A stretch of 62,683 bases of DNA, the filler included, from Choristocarpus tenellus KU-1152 (taxonomy: Eukaryota > Protista > Phaeophyceae): NCBI GenBank assembly GCA_964200185.2. It is 11 parts of 11 records of this genome, joined end to end, with 100 filler letters (N's around TTAATTAATTAA, not from the genome) between each part and the next. Parts side by side here need not be neighbours in the genome. Positions count along the whole stretch, not along the records: positions 38,489 to 43,039 come from CAXNAD020014031.1; positions 43,140 to 48,960 come from CAXNAD020009674.1; positions 49,061 to 59,758 come from CAXNAD020002774.1; 8 more parts are not named here. One strand, 5' to 3'. Positions 39,069 through 52,200 of this stretch are shown piece after piece. Position numbers and translations under genes: made by a program. How positions within the stretch are numbered: position 1 is the stretch's first letter; every line of letters starts with the position of its first letter. The notes under the pieces were generated by a model, which ran no database searches, was not told the origin of the DNA, and saw nothing but the letters and a program-made list of their open reading frames with translations.

Positions 39069-42000
39069 CTTTGTGAGGAGCACCATTGCCAGCTTGCTGT
39101 CACTGTATGACGATCTATGAATGCCGCTGTGAGGGTGGCCTTGGGCTGCACTCTCCCATTCTGTGCATCCCACATGGTGCATCACTGAACTAAGAGACAC
39201 AACACTTCACACAGGAAAGAGAGGGGTCAAGGAAGGAGTTTGGCAAAAGCCTCATGAAGGATGAAGGCATGAAGAAGTTAGTGTATGTGTTGCTTTCGAA
39301 GCACCATTAATTTCTACACTAAGAAATCATAGTATGTTAGATGCAAACAATGCATAGCTTAGTCTAAATGCTCTCAGAGCACGAGCAAGGTTTTCTACTT
39401 CCAGTATTCCTTAGCAGGCCCATACCTTAAAGTTGTGGGTTGGCATCACCTGTAAGAAGTCGTATATTCCAATCCATTATGATAAATCAAAACTTCCCAA
39501 GGATTACACAAAGAACAAACTCGTATGTGAATCTCCTCAAAGGCGTGAGGGGGCATTTGTTTAATGCACTCCTTACACGTTCAAAACTGCCAGAGCTTTC
39601 ACAGGAACACATTCAGGTCTGAGTCCAAGGTGCTCCCGAGGACCAGCCAACTGAGTACAGGCGTAGTGACAAACCCAGACAATGCCGAAGTAGTCAAAAT
39701 CTAATGAGGTGACCAACTGTAGAACCTTTTGCCTTGTTCCAAGTTATAGTCACTCCAGAACACACAGCAATTCTTACAACAACATTCAGTCTTTCAGAGT
39801 CGCTGCCTTTCACACAATCAAAAAAAGCTTGCAGAGGAGTTGATCTGCATCAACTGCCAGTGAGGTAGTCCCTACAGGTAGGGAAACATAGGTGCATCAC
39901 ATACCCCATAGCTGTAGAAGAAGGTATAACATTAGATGAGAACATTCGAATTGATTGTATACCCTCAACATTGCAGTGCACAAAGGAACTCAAAGCTGCC
40001 AAAACAAGACAAGACAAGACAAGACAAGACATTGCCAACTCTAACACACAATTCAGGGCTGAGATAAATTATGAGAATAACAGCACATGGCACAAAACCA
40101 CATACCGAGATCTGGGTGTGGCTGTAATGAGCGGCATGAGTTCCATTGTTAGTGCAAAGTGTCCCAGGAAATTAACTCCAAAAGTCGCGTCAAACCCATC
40201 TGCCGTCAGACCTTTTCCATTCAACCCGGCTGAGATCACATAGACAACAAAAGTGCAAGCAATGGGGAAATTGTGGTGTAAATGTATGAGTGGATTGCCC
40301 AAAAAAGGCGCCTCAGAATTCTTGGGTAGGTATTACCCAAAGGATGCAATTGTGGCACATTCCTCTTTTAAGACAAGGACTAGCACCACCATGAAAGATT
40401 GCCTTCACGAGTTTTCGCATACAGCCCTTATAATCCTTACAAACCTTTTAGACTTTCCCCTTCTGCATGTACCAAGTGATTCCAGTCTATAGATCTGTCT
40501 GTTTTTTTTGTGGATTCAACACTGGTGCTGCCTCTCATCGTACCAATGACCCCTTCCAAAAAAACTCCTCAAATCCTAACATAAAATACAACAAAGAGCA
40601 AACGATTGGCCGGTTTGTACTGGCTCTACCTCAATGTAGTCAGCAAATCTATTCTGTAATGCAAGTGTGCTCGAACTAACCACACATTCTTCCTTGTGTT
40701 GCCTCTAACCAACTCCACATAATGCATTAATTACTTGTAACCAATCTTCAATTTCATGCGTCTGCTGACTGCCTCACCTCTCGTATGTTCTAAGAAAAAT
40801 ATTTCACACAATGCATTCACTGTTCTATGGCACTGGTGTACTGAATAATGACATATGTGTGCTTCTTATGTTTCAGTTGCATGCCTGGAATGCCCAGGCC
40901 GCAAAGTCACAATGTTCTTCAGAGAGTCAAGAAGCAGCAGCAGGCCCTTGATATAGTTGGTTGCAAGATGTTCAGTGCCATATGCCATACAACAAAAAAG
41001 GTACTCAATCTAGAACTCAGACATCAGTAGTATTGAATTTCTCTCATAAACATCAGCAGCACTAATTGTGTCACACACTTCTGTCTCCATTCTCATACTT
41101 CTCTTGCCTTTTTGTACACTCAAAGGCAGCTAGCTGGTCACAACCGGAGGAGCTTATTTGTTTAAAAATCCACAAAATTTAAATAATTGCAGTTCACAAC
41201 AAATAAAACCATTGGGTCCTACTCTTGTGCTTGTGGAAGGGCAGAAAAGAGGGTATATATATATATATATATATACAGGATGTCTCCCCATACAGGCTGG
41301 TTGTTATGGTCAGGGAGTGTGCAGCAAAAGGATAACCTTCCAGATATCCACAGTTGACTATAGAGGGTGCTTCTAATGGTTTCAAACAAGGTCGTCATAG
41401 TTCCCTTACCATTGTTTACCAACACATCCAGGCGCGTATAGCGATCCTTAAACTCCTTCACGAACCGATTCACTGAAGTCAGGTCACCAAGGTCAAGGTG
41501 CATGACCTTCATTGAAAAACATCATGAGAATGAACGAAAGGGGTGTTGATACGATGTGATGGTGCTGCCAATTTCCTTTCAAAGGATATTCTTGTAAAAT
41601 GCAGTCGAAATGCATCCTAAGTTACAAGCTTGCTGTCATCCAGGGCATATTCAATGATAATGTGGGGGATTGTTGTCATTAAGGGGATGGGAGTGACCAA
41701 GTGTAAGCAAGCCTCAAAAAGAAAAAAAGAAATGGAAGAAATCACCAGTTCACAAGAACGTGCAGTGCTCTTCGGCTAATTGATAAGCAGATTGTATGGA
41801 GAGACAGTACCACGAAGAATTATGTACAAAATACGAATTACAATCCAACACGCACCTCCAATCCACCCTTGCATCCTCCCTCCGGTCTAGAGATTCCTGT
41901 GCCAGTTGGAATGTTGAAGCTTCTCCCTCTCTCACCACCCCTATCCCCACATATAACATTCAATGGCAGCAACGTAAAAATGGTGTGTGCATGCTTTCAA

Positions 42001-42646
42001 GTGGGAACCAGGTTGGGTAAGTAGATCAAACCGACAAACCCAAAAATAGTTACACCTCAGGAACAAAATAGGAAAAGGCGCGATAAATGTAGGATTGCAC
42101 GAACGCTGTAGAACACAGATGAGGGTCAAGGGAACGAACCTGATGGTAGCCTCGATTTCCGCTTTGGCCGCTATTGCTCGTTCCAGTGACCGGCACGCCA
42201 TTACTACCGTCGCTCCCATGCGCGCAAGATGCAGTGCAGTCTGCTTACCAATACCTAGATGACAGGTTTCCAAATAGGATAGGGTTAGATAGAGAATTGT
42301 GAAAGGCGATGGAAGCTAAGACTGGAAAGAGGTTGGTGTATGGTGAAGAAAGTAGGAAGGACAGGGTGAGGGCATGGGCAAGCACAACACGGAAATTGCG
42401 TCGTCAACGTCGATCTTGATACCTTACTGATTTATGAATGTATAGATTATCCATCCTAGAAACTATTTCCTTGCCTGTGTTAGAGCCAGTGACGATCATC
42501 ACTTGATCAGTTAGATCAACTTCTGGCAACTTGGGGGTCAGAAAACCTGTCGCAAATCTAAGAAGCGATGCCGGAGGGAATGATATAGCTCTCCATAGGA
42601 TGGCTAGAGGCGTTACGACCGGCCCAAATAGAGTATATGGAAGCAT
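39069..42646 (-). CDS. Short-chain dehydrogenase/reductase (retinol dehydrogenase/WWOX-like), 3' end missing
   Basis: Exons 42646-42475, 42254-42140, 41886-41856, 41506-41410, 40229-40106, 39204-39069. Motifs TGSNTGIG, MACRS, LDLGDL.SV, LDVLVNNAG, FGVNFLGHF, VVSLSS and catalytic YSDSK. Confidence 0.92.
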
Positions 42647-42914
42647 GGCAATCGAGAAGTGGGTGGCCTCAACACGCAAAACCACAACAGAGGACCTATT
42701 GTGCAGTAAGTTTGCCACTAAATACAAATTTGTAGATTGGGTCATGAATCATAGATGAAACCCTTTTTTGATATAAATATGAAGTCGGCACGGTAATAAC
42801 TGTGGTGATATTCATTTGGACGGTAAATTACCGTACCAAAGGATTTTGGTCTCGGTAAGCGCTATCATACCGTATTTATTACTAACGGTGTATCTCATTC
42901 GGCAATAACGGTAT

Positions 42915-43039
42915 AACAACAGACAAATATGCAGGCAAAATGTCGATACCAGACATGCCCGCACCTGCCCCAGGGCAGAGGGACAGGTACGACAGCACAC
43001 TCCAATGGTTAAACGCCTGCACCAACTATGCAAGGGGAT
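42915..43039 (+). mobile_element. CRE-like LINE fragment (zinc-knuckle region)
   Basis: CRQNVDTRHARTCPRAEGQVRQHTPMVKRLHQLCKG, homologous to 22590-22710. Confidence 0.7.
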
Positions 43040-44091
43040 NNNNNNNNNNNNNNNNNNNNNNNNNNNNNNNNNNNNNNNNNNNNTTAATTAATTAANNNNN
43101 NNNNNNNNNNNNNNNNNNNNNNNNNNNNNNNNNNNNNNNCAAGCAATCTCGCCAGGTTTATCACCTTTATGTTCTTTGATGATTTTGGGGATACTTTAAC
43201 GTCAGGTTCATCCACTCATCTGTCCACCGTATATTTGAGTTCGTAACAAGTCACCTCACAATAAACGCCCTGATCGCGCACATTAATTTAATCCCATAAA
43301 ATCCACAGGTGAATAGGGACACCTCGTATTGCGGGAGGATGTGGAGGAGGATACAGTCTACCTGGACATCGTCAATTACTCAGAGGGCGTTTACCTTGAA
43401 CACCAGTGGCAAATACGCAGGCAAGCAAATACACCATTGTACCACACCGCCATACATGAACATCAAACAACGTTCCCTACACCAAACACAACGCCTTGAC
43501 TCTCAGATATCTTACCAACGTTGGACAGTTTCACAATGTACACTGAGGGTTCTCGAGTCTTATATGTTGCGAAGATGGTTGTCGAACAGATTTATTCATA
43601 CTTCGCTGTGCTCTGTTGATCGGTACAACCCAGTGCAGGGTGGGAAATTATGTCGTGGTTCATGTCCTATAGTCCTATACGCATCTTCCCGTTGTTTTAC
43701 CTCCTACTTCGCCTCGTCCTTTGCCTCTTTCTTGGCCTACTCCTCCACCATTACAGAGATAACACAAGTCACAAACACTATGATCATGTCAGAGAAAAAC
43801 GCCGCGTCCAAGCACAACCTTGGCAAGTTCAAGTCCGAAAAGAGCGCCGCCCACGAGAGAGCAGTCGCCCTTCTCCAGACCCGTCCAGGAGGCATCGTAA
43901 TCGCATGCACTGCCCTTGGGGACAACCACGATCCATATCATATCCAACTCCTCATCGACAAACTCTCCACCTTCTGCAATTTTGCACTGGCGAAGACACC
44001 AGTAGCTAGTGGCGTATCCACGCCTATACCTTGTGGAGGACCCGACCCACTAGGTGATAAAGAGGAACAGGAGACGCCACCGCCTAACCCT

Positions 44092-46092
44092 AAGCCAAAT
44101 TATCTTAGAGGGTATAGCCGCGTCCATTCGGGGGCCAAAATTCAATGTTGTGATTTCGATATAATTTTGGCTATCATGTTTGTTAGGAAGTGTCAATATC
44201 CTTGTTCCAGACACACCTTTTACAACATAAACATTTTACTTATTCCGACATATTTTTTGAGAAGGAAAATGTCATGAAACCCCAAGGGAAGCCAAGCGCC
44301 CCCAATGAACAAACAGGGCAAAACTCGTACCCTCTAAGATAATTTCACTCTCTACCGTAGGTGCAGGAAGCGGTTCACTACATGGGGGAAGGCATCCAAC
44401 CACACCCTCAGAGGACGACCCTAAAGGCGATGGGGACCGCCCCGATATGAACACCTTGTCATGTCCAGAGGAAGATGTCTAGGAGGACGTGAGGGGGCAG
44501 CTAGGCACGGACTCAAAGTCCATGCGTGTCAGGAGTGACAACGGAATGTCCCCAAACGTCCATATGGTGGGAAGCAGCGTCGACGAGTCTGGCAATCACG
44601 ACCCAACGGGCAGAGGGTAAAGGAAGGATGATACTGTGGAGCGAATTGCGAACTACACCAATGCCGAGTCAACAACACCAAGGGTTGGTTTGACACCATC
44701 AGGTTCCTCACATAGAGACAAGCCTTCGGCAAAGGGTAAAGGGAAGGGAAAACAACGGTTGTTACGAATAAGAGGTTGGGAGAAGTTGCTGGACGGATGA
44801 TGAGACCCTTCAAACATCCTCGTGGAAATGACGGTAGAGATTTATAACCTTGCTTTTTTGCGGACGTGTCTTCGCTTCTACCAGAAAGGGCAGAGACGCG
44901 AAAAATGCAGCACCATCTACTACGGGGTATGAGGATGAAGACGAAATGTCCGTGCATGGTGATGACGACATCTTGACAGAGGACGCGGTCGACTCCGGCA
45001 TTGCGTCCGTCATGGGGATCACCAAAGTCTTCATGGTAGCATGAGTTACCAAGCTCCTACGATCAGCAACAAAACCCGCTTTGTCACAGTACTGGGTACA
45101 AACCCAAATCCTTACCCAGGTTATATACGACCATGAGTTAGGGCTCCTAAAGGCCGGCAGAGCGGACAAAGAGTGAAAGTATCTTAGAGGGTACGAGTTT
45201 TACCCTGTTTGTCCATTTGGGGCTTGGCTTCCCATAGGATTTTTTAATGACATTTTCCTTCTCCAAAATGTTTCGGAGTAGGCAAAATGTATACCTTATG
45301 AAAAGGTGTGCCCGGAACAAGGATATTGACACTTCCTAGCAAACACGATAGCCAAAATAACATCAAAATCGCAACATTGGATTTTGACCACCAAATGGAC
45401 GCGGCTTTATCCTCTAAGATACTTTTGGGCTCAAAAATCTTGTATTTGGGGATGACTGCTACGTCCATAAGTCCACACAGCTAAACCTCCACGGTCGTGG
45501 AGGGAAGCCCAGCAGCACGTTGCATCCGGAGCATGTGGAAACACACCTTGAAAGGAAGGCCGTCTTCATAAGCCTTGCGAAGCCCGAACCATGGAACGAC
45601 AGGTACTCCACGCACCTAAATCTCTGGCACCTTCTAACCGAGGTATACCCGAAGCTTGTAGAGTTGTGGGAGAAGGGTGAGGAATGTCATTTCGAATCCA
45701 CCCACCAACTGAAAGAGGACTTCAGTCGTTTCAGTTTTTTTGTTGAAGTACGGATCGAGTTACTTGTGTCTGATTCGTGCATCAGTGCACCTTGCCTTGG
45801 TGTCCCCGACTACCATGTTCATACAGTCTCCATTGAGCCAAAGTATCTTGGAGGGTAGAGCCGCGTCCATTTGGAGGCCAAAATACAATGTTGTGATATC
45901 GATGCAATTTTGGCTATCGTGTTTGTTAAGAAATGTCATTATCCTTTTTCTGGACACACCTTTTCATAACTGTAAATCTTATCTACTCCAAATTATTTCG
46001 GAGTAGAAAATACCACTAAAAAAAACTGTGGGAACCCAAGCCCCAAACGGACAAACAGGGAAAAAATCGTACCCTCTAAGATACTTTCACTC
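44092..46092. mobile_element. Three Sola2-like MITE copies (44092-44350, 45171-45432, 45835-46092) inserted in decayed repeat-like DNA
   Basis: TIRs and internal consensus present; the first copy interrupts ORF 43309-44277. Confidence 0.85.
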
Positions 46093-48866
46093 ATTCGATG
46101 GGTTATGCGTTTACACAGTGGTATTGGATACATTGCTACCAGTCAGAGGTGTCAGTGTATCATATATGATACTCGTCTTGAGGATTAGACCTGTGTTCTT
46201 ATTTGTTTAACAGAGAGTGTCTGATACAAGGTTCAGACTACTAAACTATAAAACATTTTACAAACAACTCTTCTCCATCTTTTCCACTAAGTTTCCTATC
46301 AGTTTGCCAAGGCCTGCGATGGATACAATGTCGTCTTACCAGTCGCTAATTATTCCGTGAACCCTACTCCCTACCTCCCCCCTGCTTCTCAATACTCTAT
46401 GCACCATCTCATGCTTTGTCCAAGTGTCGACAAACGAGGGTCAATCTCGTCCTCCTTCAAATCTTGGACGATCGTATACCGAAGTCCACACCCGATGCTC
46501 CTAACCACAACGCCAACCCTGAGCCTACCCCAAACACGTCTCATGACCTCGACGAATGTCATGGATCGCCACCCTCGCACACTGACACTAACCACATCCT
46601 TACCCTAACACTTACACTGAGACCATCTGCATCCCGTGCCAACCTAAAATTGACAAGAGTCCGTACCTGAATTACGTACCAGTGCCATTTTCGGTCCTCA
46701 TTACACCAAACCAACCCTACCTCATCAGGATTTATTCAACCCACTAACCCTAACCCAGAATCAAGGGTTGTATATCTTGAGAAACTTCCAGCGAAATGTA
46801 CGACAATAGACCTTAACCAATAAGCCTTTGTGAACACATCGAGAATCAGTCCACATATTACATCAAAGAAACAATTCACTAACCCGAAAGTAAAACCTGA
46901 CCCTTTTGCCTTCCTTCATGCCAACAACTTTAACTCTAACACCCTGAGTGACAACCCTGTTTGTGTACACGCTTAAATCCGACACATGCGAGGAAATAAA
47001 CGAAAAAACTAACCTCGAAATAGTCCATGGTCGTTTTTTTAATTCCTCATGGTAACACTGGGAAAAAATACCCTAGCCGACAGCCCTCTTTATGTGCTGA
47101 CCAAATCCCACTCATGCAACCAAACAAACCTATAACTAGCCCTGAAACAACCAATAGTATATCTCCCATTCTTCAACCTAACTGTACAACCAACATACAC
47201 GTCGACATCCTGTTTGAACACAGTCGAAATCCGACACATGCAAACGTCGTAACTCCTAACCAAGCCCAAGTAAATGGTGACATATATTCCCATTCCTCTT
47301 CTTGCGTGTACGCAAGGACAGAAGGGAACCTAACCAACAGCCTTCCTTTTTTTGCCCAAATTCCAATCCGATAAGAGCGACCAAATCACGCCAAAAAGTG
47401 AAAATCGAAAAAAGGGTGAAAAACGGACAATGGCACCCCCCCCCCGAGATACTTTGACCCGCAAGGGTGCTCTTTCGTTATTTCCTTCTGTGTCTCTTGC
47501 AGCAACACCCTCTTTTGTTTGGTCCCTGCATGTTATGTACCAAATATTTATTTACACTTTGTCGACACCATTCCACATACTCTGTCAATAGAACTACATG
47601 TGCTCAGAAAAACCTGTGACGATCCTGTCAAGCAACAATCCTGTTGAGTACTCCGATGTCTATTTGCAGCAACCGTAGGATGCTGCCAACGTTCTATGGC
47701 TAGAATGGGCTCCTGCATGGTGCAATGTTGTGCATGGGTAACGGGGGGGGGGCTGCATCAGGGTGGAGAAAGGACGGGAAGCTCTGCCAGTTAGTACCCA
47801 CAGTACTCCAGCAGCACCAGGAGGAAAGGCACAGGCGGGGCTGTTCCTTGGTGCAGGGATGAGCTGTTCCAGGATACAACAGGTGGGATGTGCTCAGGGG
47901 GGTCTGTACCTACCTTACTGTGCAAAATGGACTGATTTAACTAAACGTACGTCGTTAGCTGAGGGATTTGGCGTAACTTTGACTTTCAAAGTGGCAAATA
48001 CGGAGTCAAAAATATGTATTAAATATATCACAGCCCAGGGCCCAGTCATCCTCTCTGTAAGAAAAAGGCAGTAACGAACCACACGTAAAAGGGAAGGAGG
48101 GGGGGGAGCGGATAATACTTATAAATATCCATCGCTTAGCGTCTAAGATACCAATAGGTACTATGTAACATAATTAATACGTTTGAAATCAGGGGAACAA
48201 CCTTAGTTTAGTCACAGAGTCACTTCCATCCATACCCTAGGAGTGACTGAAGACAACACAGCAATCTCCATATTTAAAATGTTTGTCGAAGCTAAGAAAA
48301 GAAGTAATCAACACTAACTTCAACCAACATCATCTGGTTTTTCATAGAGCAGCCTATTTAACAAAACAACTGCCTGTTTCTTCTGTCTTCCAATCAAATT
48401 CAATCTCAACTGTAAGAAATAGATCACTTGGGGGAATCATTTTTCCTATCACATAACATACCACTTAGAGTCGTTCAACACCATTCAAACGTTCATTGTG
48501 AGCAAGTGCAAAAATTATGTCCTGAACGCTAATTTTCTAGGTACGTGTACACTCTAAAACACTACCCCGAAGGATCATTAGCAAGTGTGACAGATTGTCA
48601 TGCCTGCTAAAAAAAATAAAACTTGTTTTTTGAGTCGTTGTATGGTGATGATGTGCACACTACCTGAAAAAAGGTTGTCCCAAGTATGAAAGGATTAAGT
48701 TGTATTGTAGGCATAGGTTTCAATACATCGTAGCAACTCATATTCACCTATCAGACTGTATGAACTGCAGTATGGAAGGCCTCTCCACTTTGGCCGTGCT
48801 GGGGGTGTACTTGGCGGATTGATGATATTGAGATATCCAACAAGGTCTACTCTTCACAAGGAATCC

Positions 48867-48911
<45 letters not shown>

Positions 48912-49271
48912 CCACAAAAACAAACCAACACAAACAAACAACCACACACACCCCCACACANNNNNNNNNNNNNNNNNNNNNNNNNNNNNNNNNNNNNNNN
49001 NNNNTTAATTAATTAANNNNNNNNNNNNNNNNNNNNNNNNNNNNNNNNNNNNNNNNNNNNCCCCCCCCCAAGATACTTTGAGCCATGTAGCACAAGCAGT
49101 GGTAACAATATACTCTATAAATGGGTACATCTTTCAAAAACACATGTAAGTATATATATATCTATATATCTATATACGACTTCTGTACACCACGGATATT
49201 TTAATATTCTTTTTTCTCTCTCCTGTGATCGGATGAGGCATTCGGATTCACTGCCCATCACATCACCACAC

Positions 49272-52200
49272 CTAGCCCCTTCGAAGTCTCCGCGCAGTTG
49301 ACGGACCCTGCCACGTTCTCGGTGGTATGCTGCACGCACGCGGGGTGGTGAGTGTCGCTGCTTCTGACTGTAGTCCAGTGCCATTGTAAATGCCTCTTCA
49401 GCGTCTTTGACATCCCCAGCCTCTGTCAGGCACACGCCCCTTATCCATTTCGTGGGGATGGCGGAGGGATGTTCTCGTATTGAGCAAGGCAGTGAGTCCC
49501 GCAATCGCTAACTGGAAAGCAAAATCGTATTGCTATGGTAAGAATGTGGAATTGGAGCTGTTGTGAACAAGCAACGCCTTCGATGTCTAGAGTTTCTCCA
49601 AGGCATGAATCTTGGAGGAGATGAAAATAAGCTTAGAGTTGTAGGGCAACAAGCTTGTGTATTCCTGCATGATGACTCAATGGGAGGAGTTGTAAAGAGT
49701 GCTGGTTAGTCAATGGTGCTGTGAGCCGTGTAGGGTGTGTGGTGTGCACCACTGATTTATTTCTTCTCATTGTTCAGCATTTCTTGAACCCCTTGGGCTG
49801 CCCGAGCAAGTCCCCCTCTGCCCATCCTCCATATTGAAGTCACTCTGAGTCAAAGTATCTTAGAGGGTAGAGCCGCGTCCATTTGGGGGTCAAAATCCAA
49901 TGCTCATTAAAAATCCGTGGGAAGTCAAGCCCCAAATGGACAAACAGGGAAAAACTCGTACCCTCTAAGATACTTTCGCTTTCTCTGTAGGAATTGGCTC
50001 CCTGTGCCTGTAACACCCAGAAGTGAGAGCTATAGACATGGGAATACCAATAGAGTCTTCTGGTGCATAGCTTTGACTTACTTGAGAGGGAAAGCGAGAA
50101 GGGTTATTTTATTCTTGTAGGCCTACCTGTGATAGTGCAGTGATGCAAGTGCACCCCCATCAGGTACTGTACGAGACATCTGCTGGGTCGTCTCAGGACG
50201 GTCTGACTCCTGCTTTCCAAGTCCAATACCTACGCCTGGAGACATATTTCTGCATTCTTTCTCCCCTGTGTCTTTGTGAGATGTTTTCCTAAGGGCCTTG
50301 TCAAAAAAAGCTAGAGCAGACATTGGCATCTTCATGCGAAGAAACGCAAGGCCAATGTGGAAGAAACAGTGCCACAGCTGTAAGATGGGAAGTATTTTTT
50401 GGACAAGATTATGAGGTCTGGTAAAAGTTGTTGGCATTGAAGAATGGAGGAGGCAATGGGAGCCTGGTAGGGGGGTAATAATATGAGTCACTTGGTATGA
50501 AGTAGGTGGGGTAATGTTTCTGGTGGCACTAGGGTCAAAGCTTTATGATATCGACATAACTGATTGAGGTCAAAGCTCCATATACTATGTTGTCTAGCCT
50601 TGTCAAGGGGATTGTTCCCAATCATCTCATTTTCCAACTTAGAGAATAATAGGAAAGGCTTAACTGGGGTTATACCAATGTCAGGTTAAAAGATATTTCC
50701 TAGGCAACTGAGGGGGATGTGCAAAAATTTAAGAAATGTGTACTCTTACGGCAGGAAGGCACTCCTGCTCGGCCATGGCTGCACAGGCATTGAAATCTTG
50801 CACCGCCTTGTCATGGCAGTCTAGCTCCAATTGGCACACTCCCCTGTGCCACAGGCGCTGCCATTGTAAAGGACCAGCCTCAATTGCTCGATCAAAGTCC
50901 TGCTTGGCTTCAGCATAAACGCCGAGTTGTTGGTGAGACAATCCCCTGAGTTTGTGTCCGTTTGATTGTTGGCATAGGGGTGATATCACACATGCATAGT
51001 TTAGGGGAAGCTTTCAGCTCTACAGTTTGATGCAACATGGAATACCTCTACCCCTTGAGGGTTTTGAGGTGTAGGGAAGTCAAGAGTGCATGAGTTGCCT
51101 CAGGCTGTGAAGCCCTTAGGGTAATATTAATAGCATTAGTGGGCAAACCAGAGGAGGAGAATTGATAAAACCTCTGTTGCAGTAGTGACTACTGTATTTG
51201 GACATCCCCATTGAAATCAAGGGGTGTGCCTTTCCCTGTGCTTCCTAATTTGTCAGAATGGAGGCTAAGGTCTCTAGACATGTGAGCAGGCACCTCAACA
51301 CAAAATGGATGTGGATAGCTCCTGTGTTTACTACAGTGTAACTTTGTGCACAAGTGTTTGTTGCATAGGTACTTGATCCTCAATTCCTCACAAATTAGTG
51401 TTTAGCCCTTGCAAGGAATGGTTGGAGATTTTCCTTATCTAGTCCATTCACACACAGGCAGTGTAGACAGCAGTAACAAGTTTTTTTTCTCTTTTAGCAC
51501 TGAGTGGACCCTCAATTTCCAACACACGTAGCTATGTTATACTATATTACCACAATCCATTTTTGGCTTATTAACATTTGCAATGTCTACTAAGTATTTT
51601 TTGCGAATCATTTGCTCCTGATTCTAGTAATGCAAAAGTGAAACAAAAATCCTATGCAGGGGGGATCATATATAAAACACAGGGGTAAGAATCGAATCAA
51701 GAAAGTTCTGAGAAAAAATGCAACTAGTCCTTCACACCCTCCCAGTCATACCGAGCATAGAAGCAAGCCCCAGAAAAATCTTCTCCACCATCTCCAGAGC
51801 CTGGATCATTTGTTGCCGCTCCTGTCTTAGACCTCTCTTCCCCTACCATGGCTTGCCCCAGTCGCCCCAGCTTTCCACTTGGTGGGTTGCAGTAACTCTT
51901 ATCCACTCCTTCAAATACCTCTCCCCCTTGCTCTTGAACTCCCTCCCCTGCAATTGAGTTTCTTCTCAAGTTTTGTCCCTGCCCTGTAAGTAGGTCTATC
52001 GCACTGGTGAAGTCATCCACAGCACGCCTGTGTCTGGTGAGGAGTGGAGACAAGCGCATTTACGAGAGCCTTACATACTGTGTGCATCGAGTTCAGCAGG
52101 TAGTCAGCAGTGGCATGGGTTAGATGCCTCACTCCTTCAATGGCACCTTGAACGTTGAGGGTGCACATGACTACTTCCTGTGGATGAGCATCGCTTTCGA

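Noticed and set aside
43309-44277. 322-aa ORF, the longest in the track
   Set aside because: Chimeric: the C-terminus is MITE read-through and the remainder has no recognisable domain.
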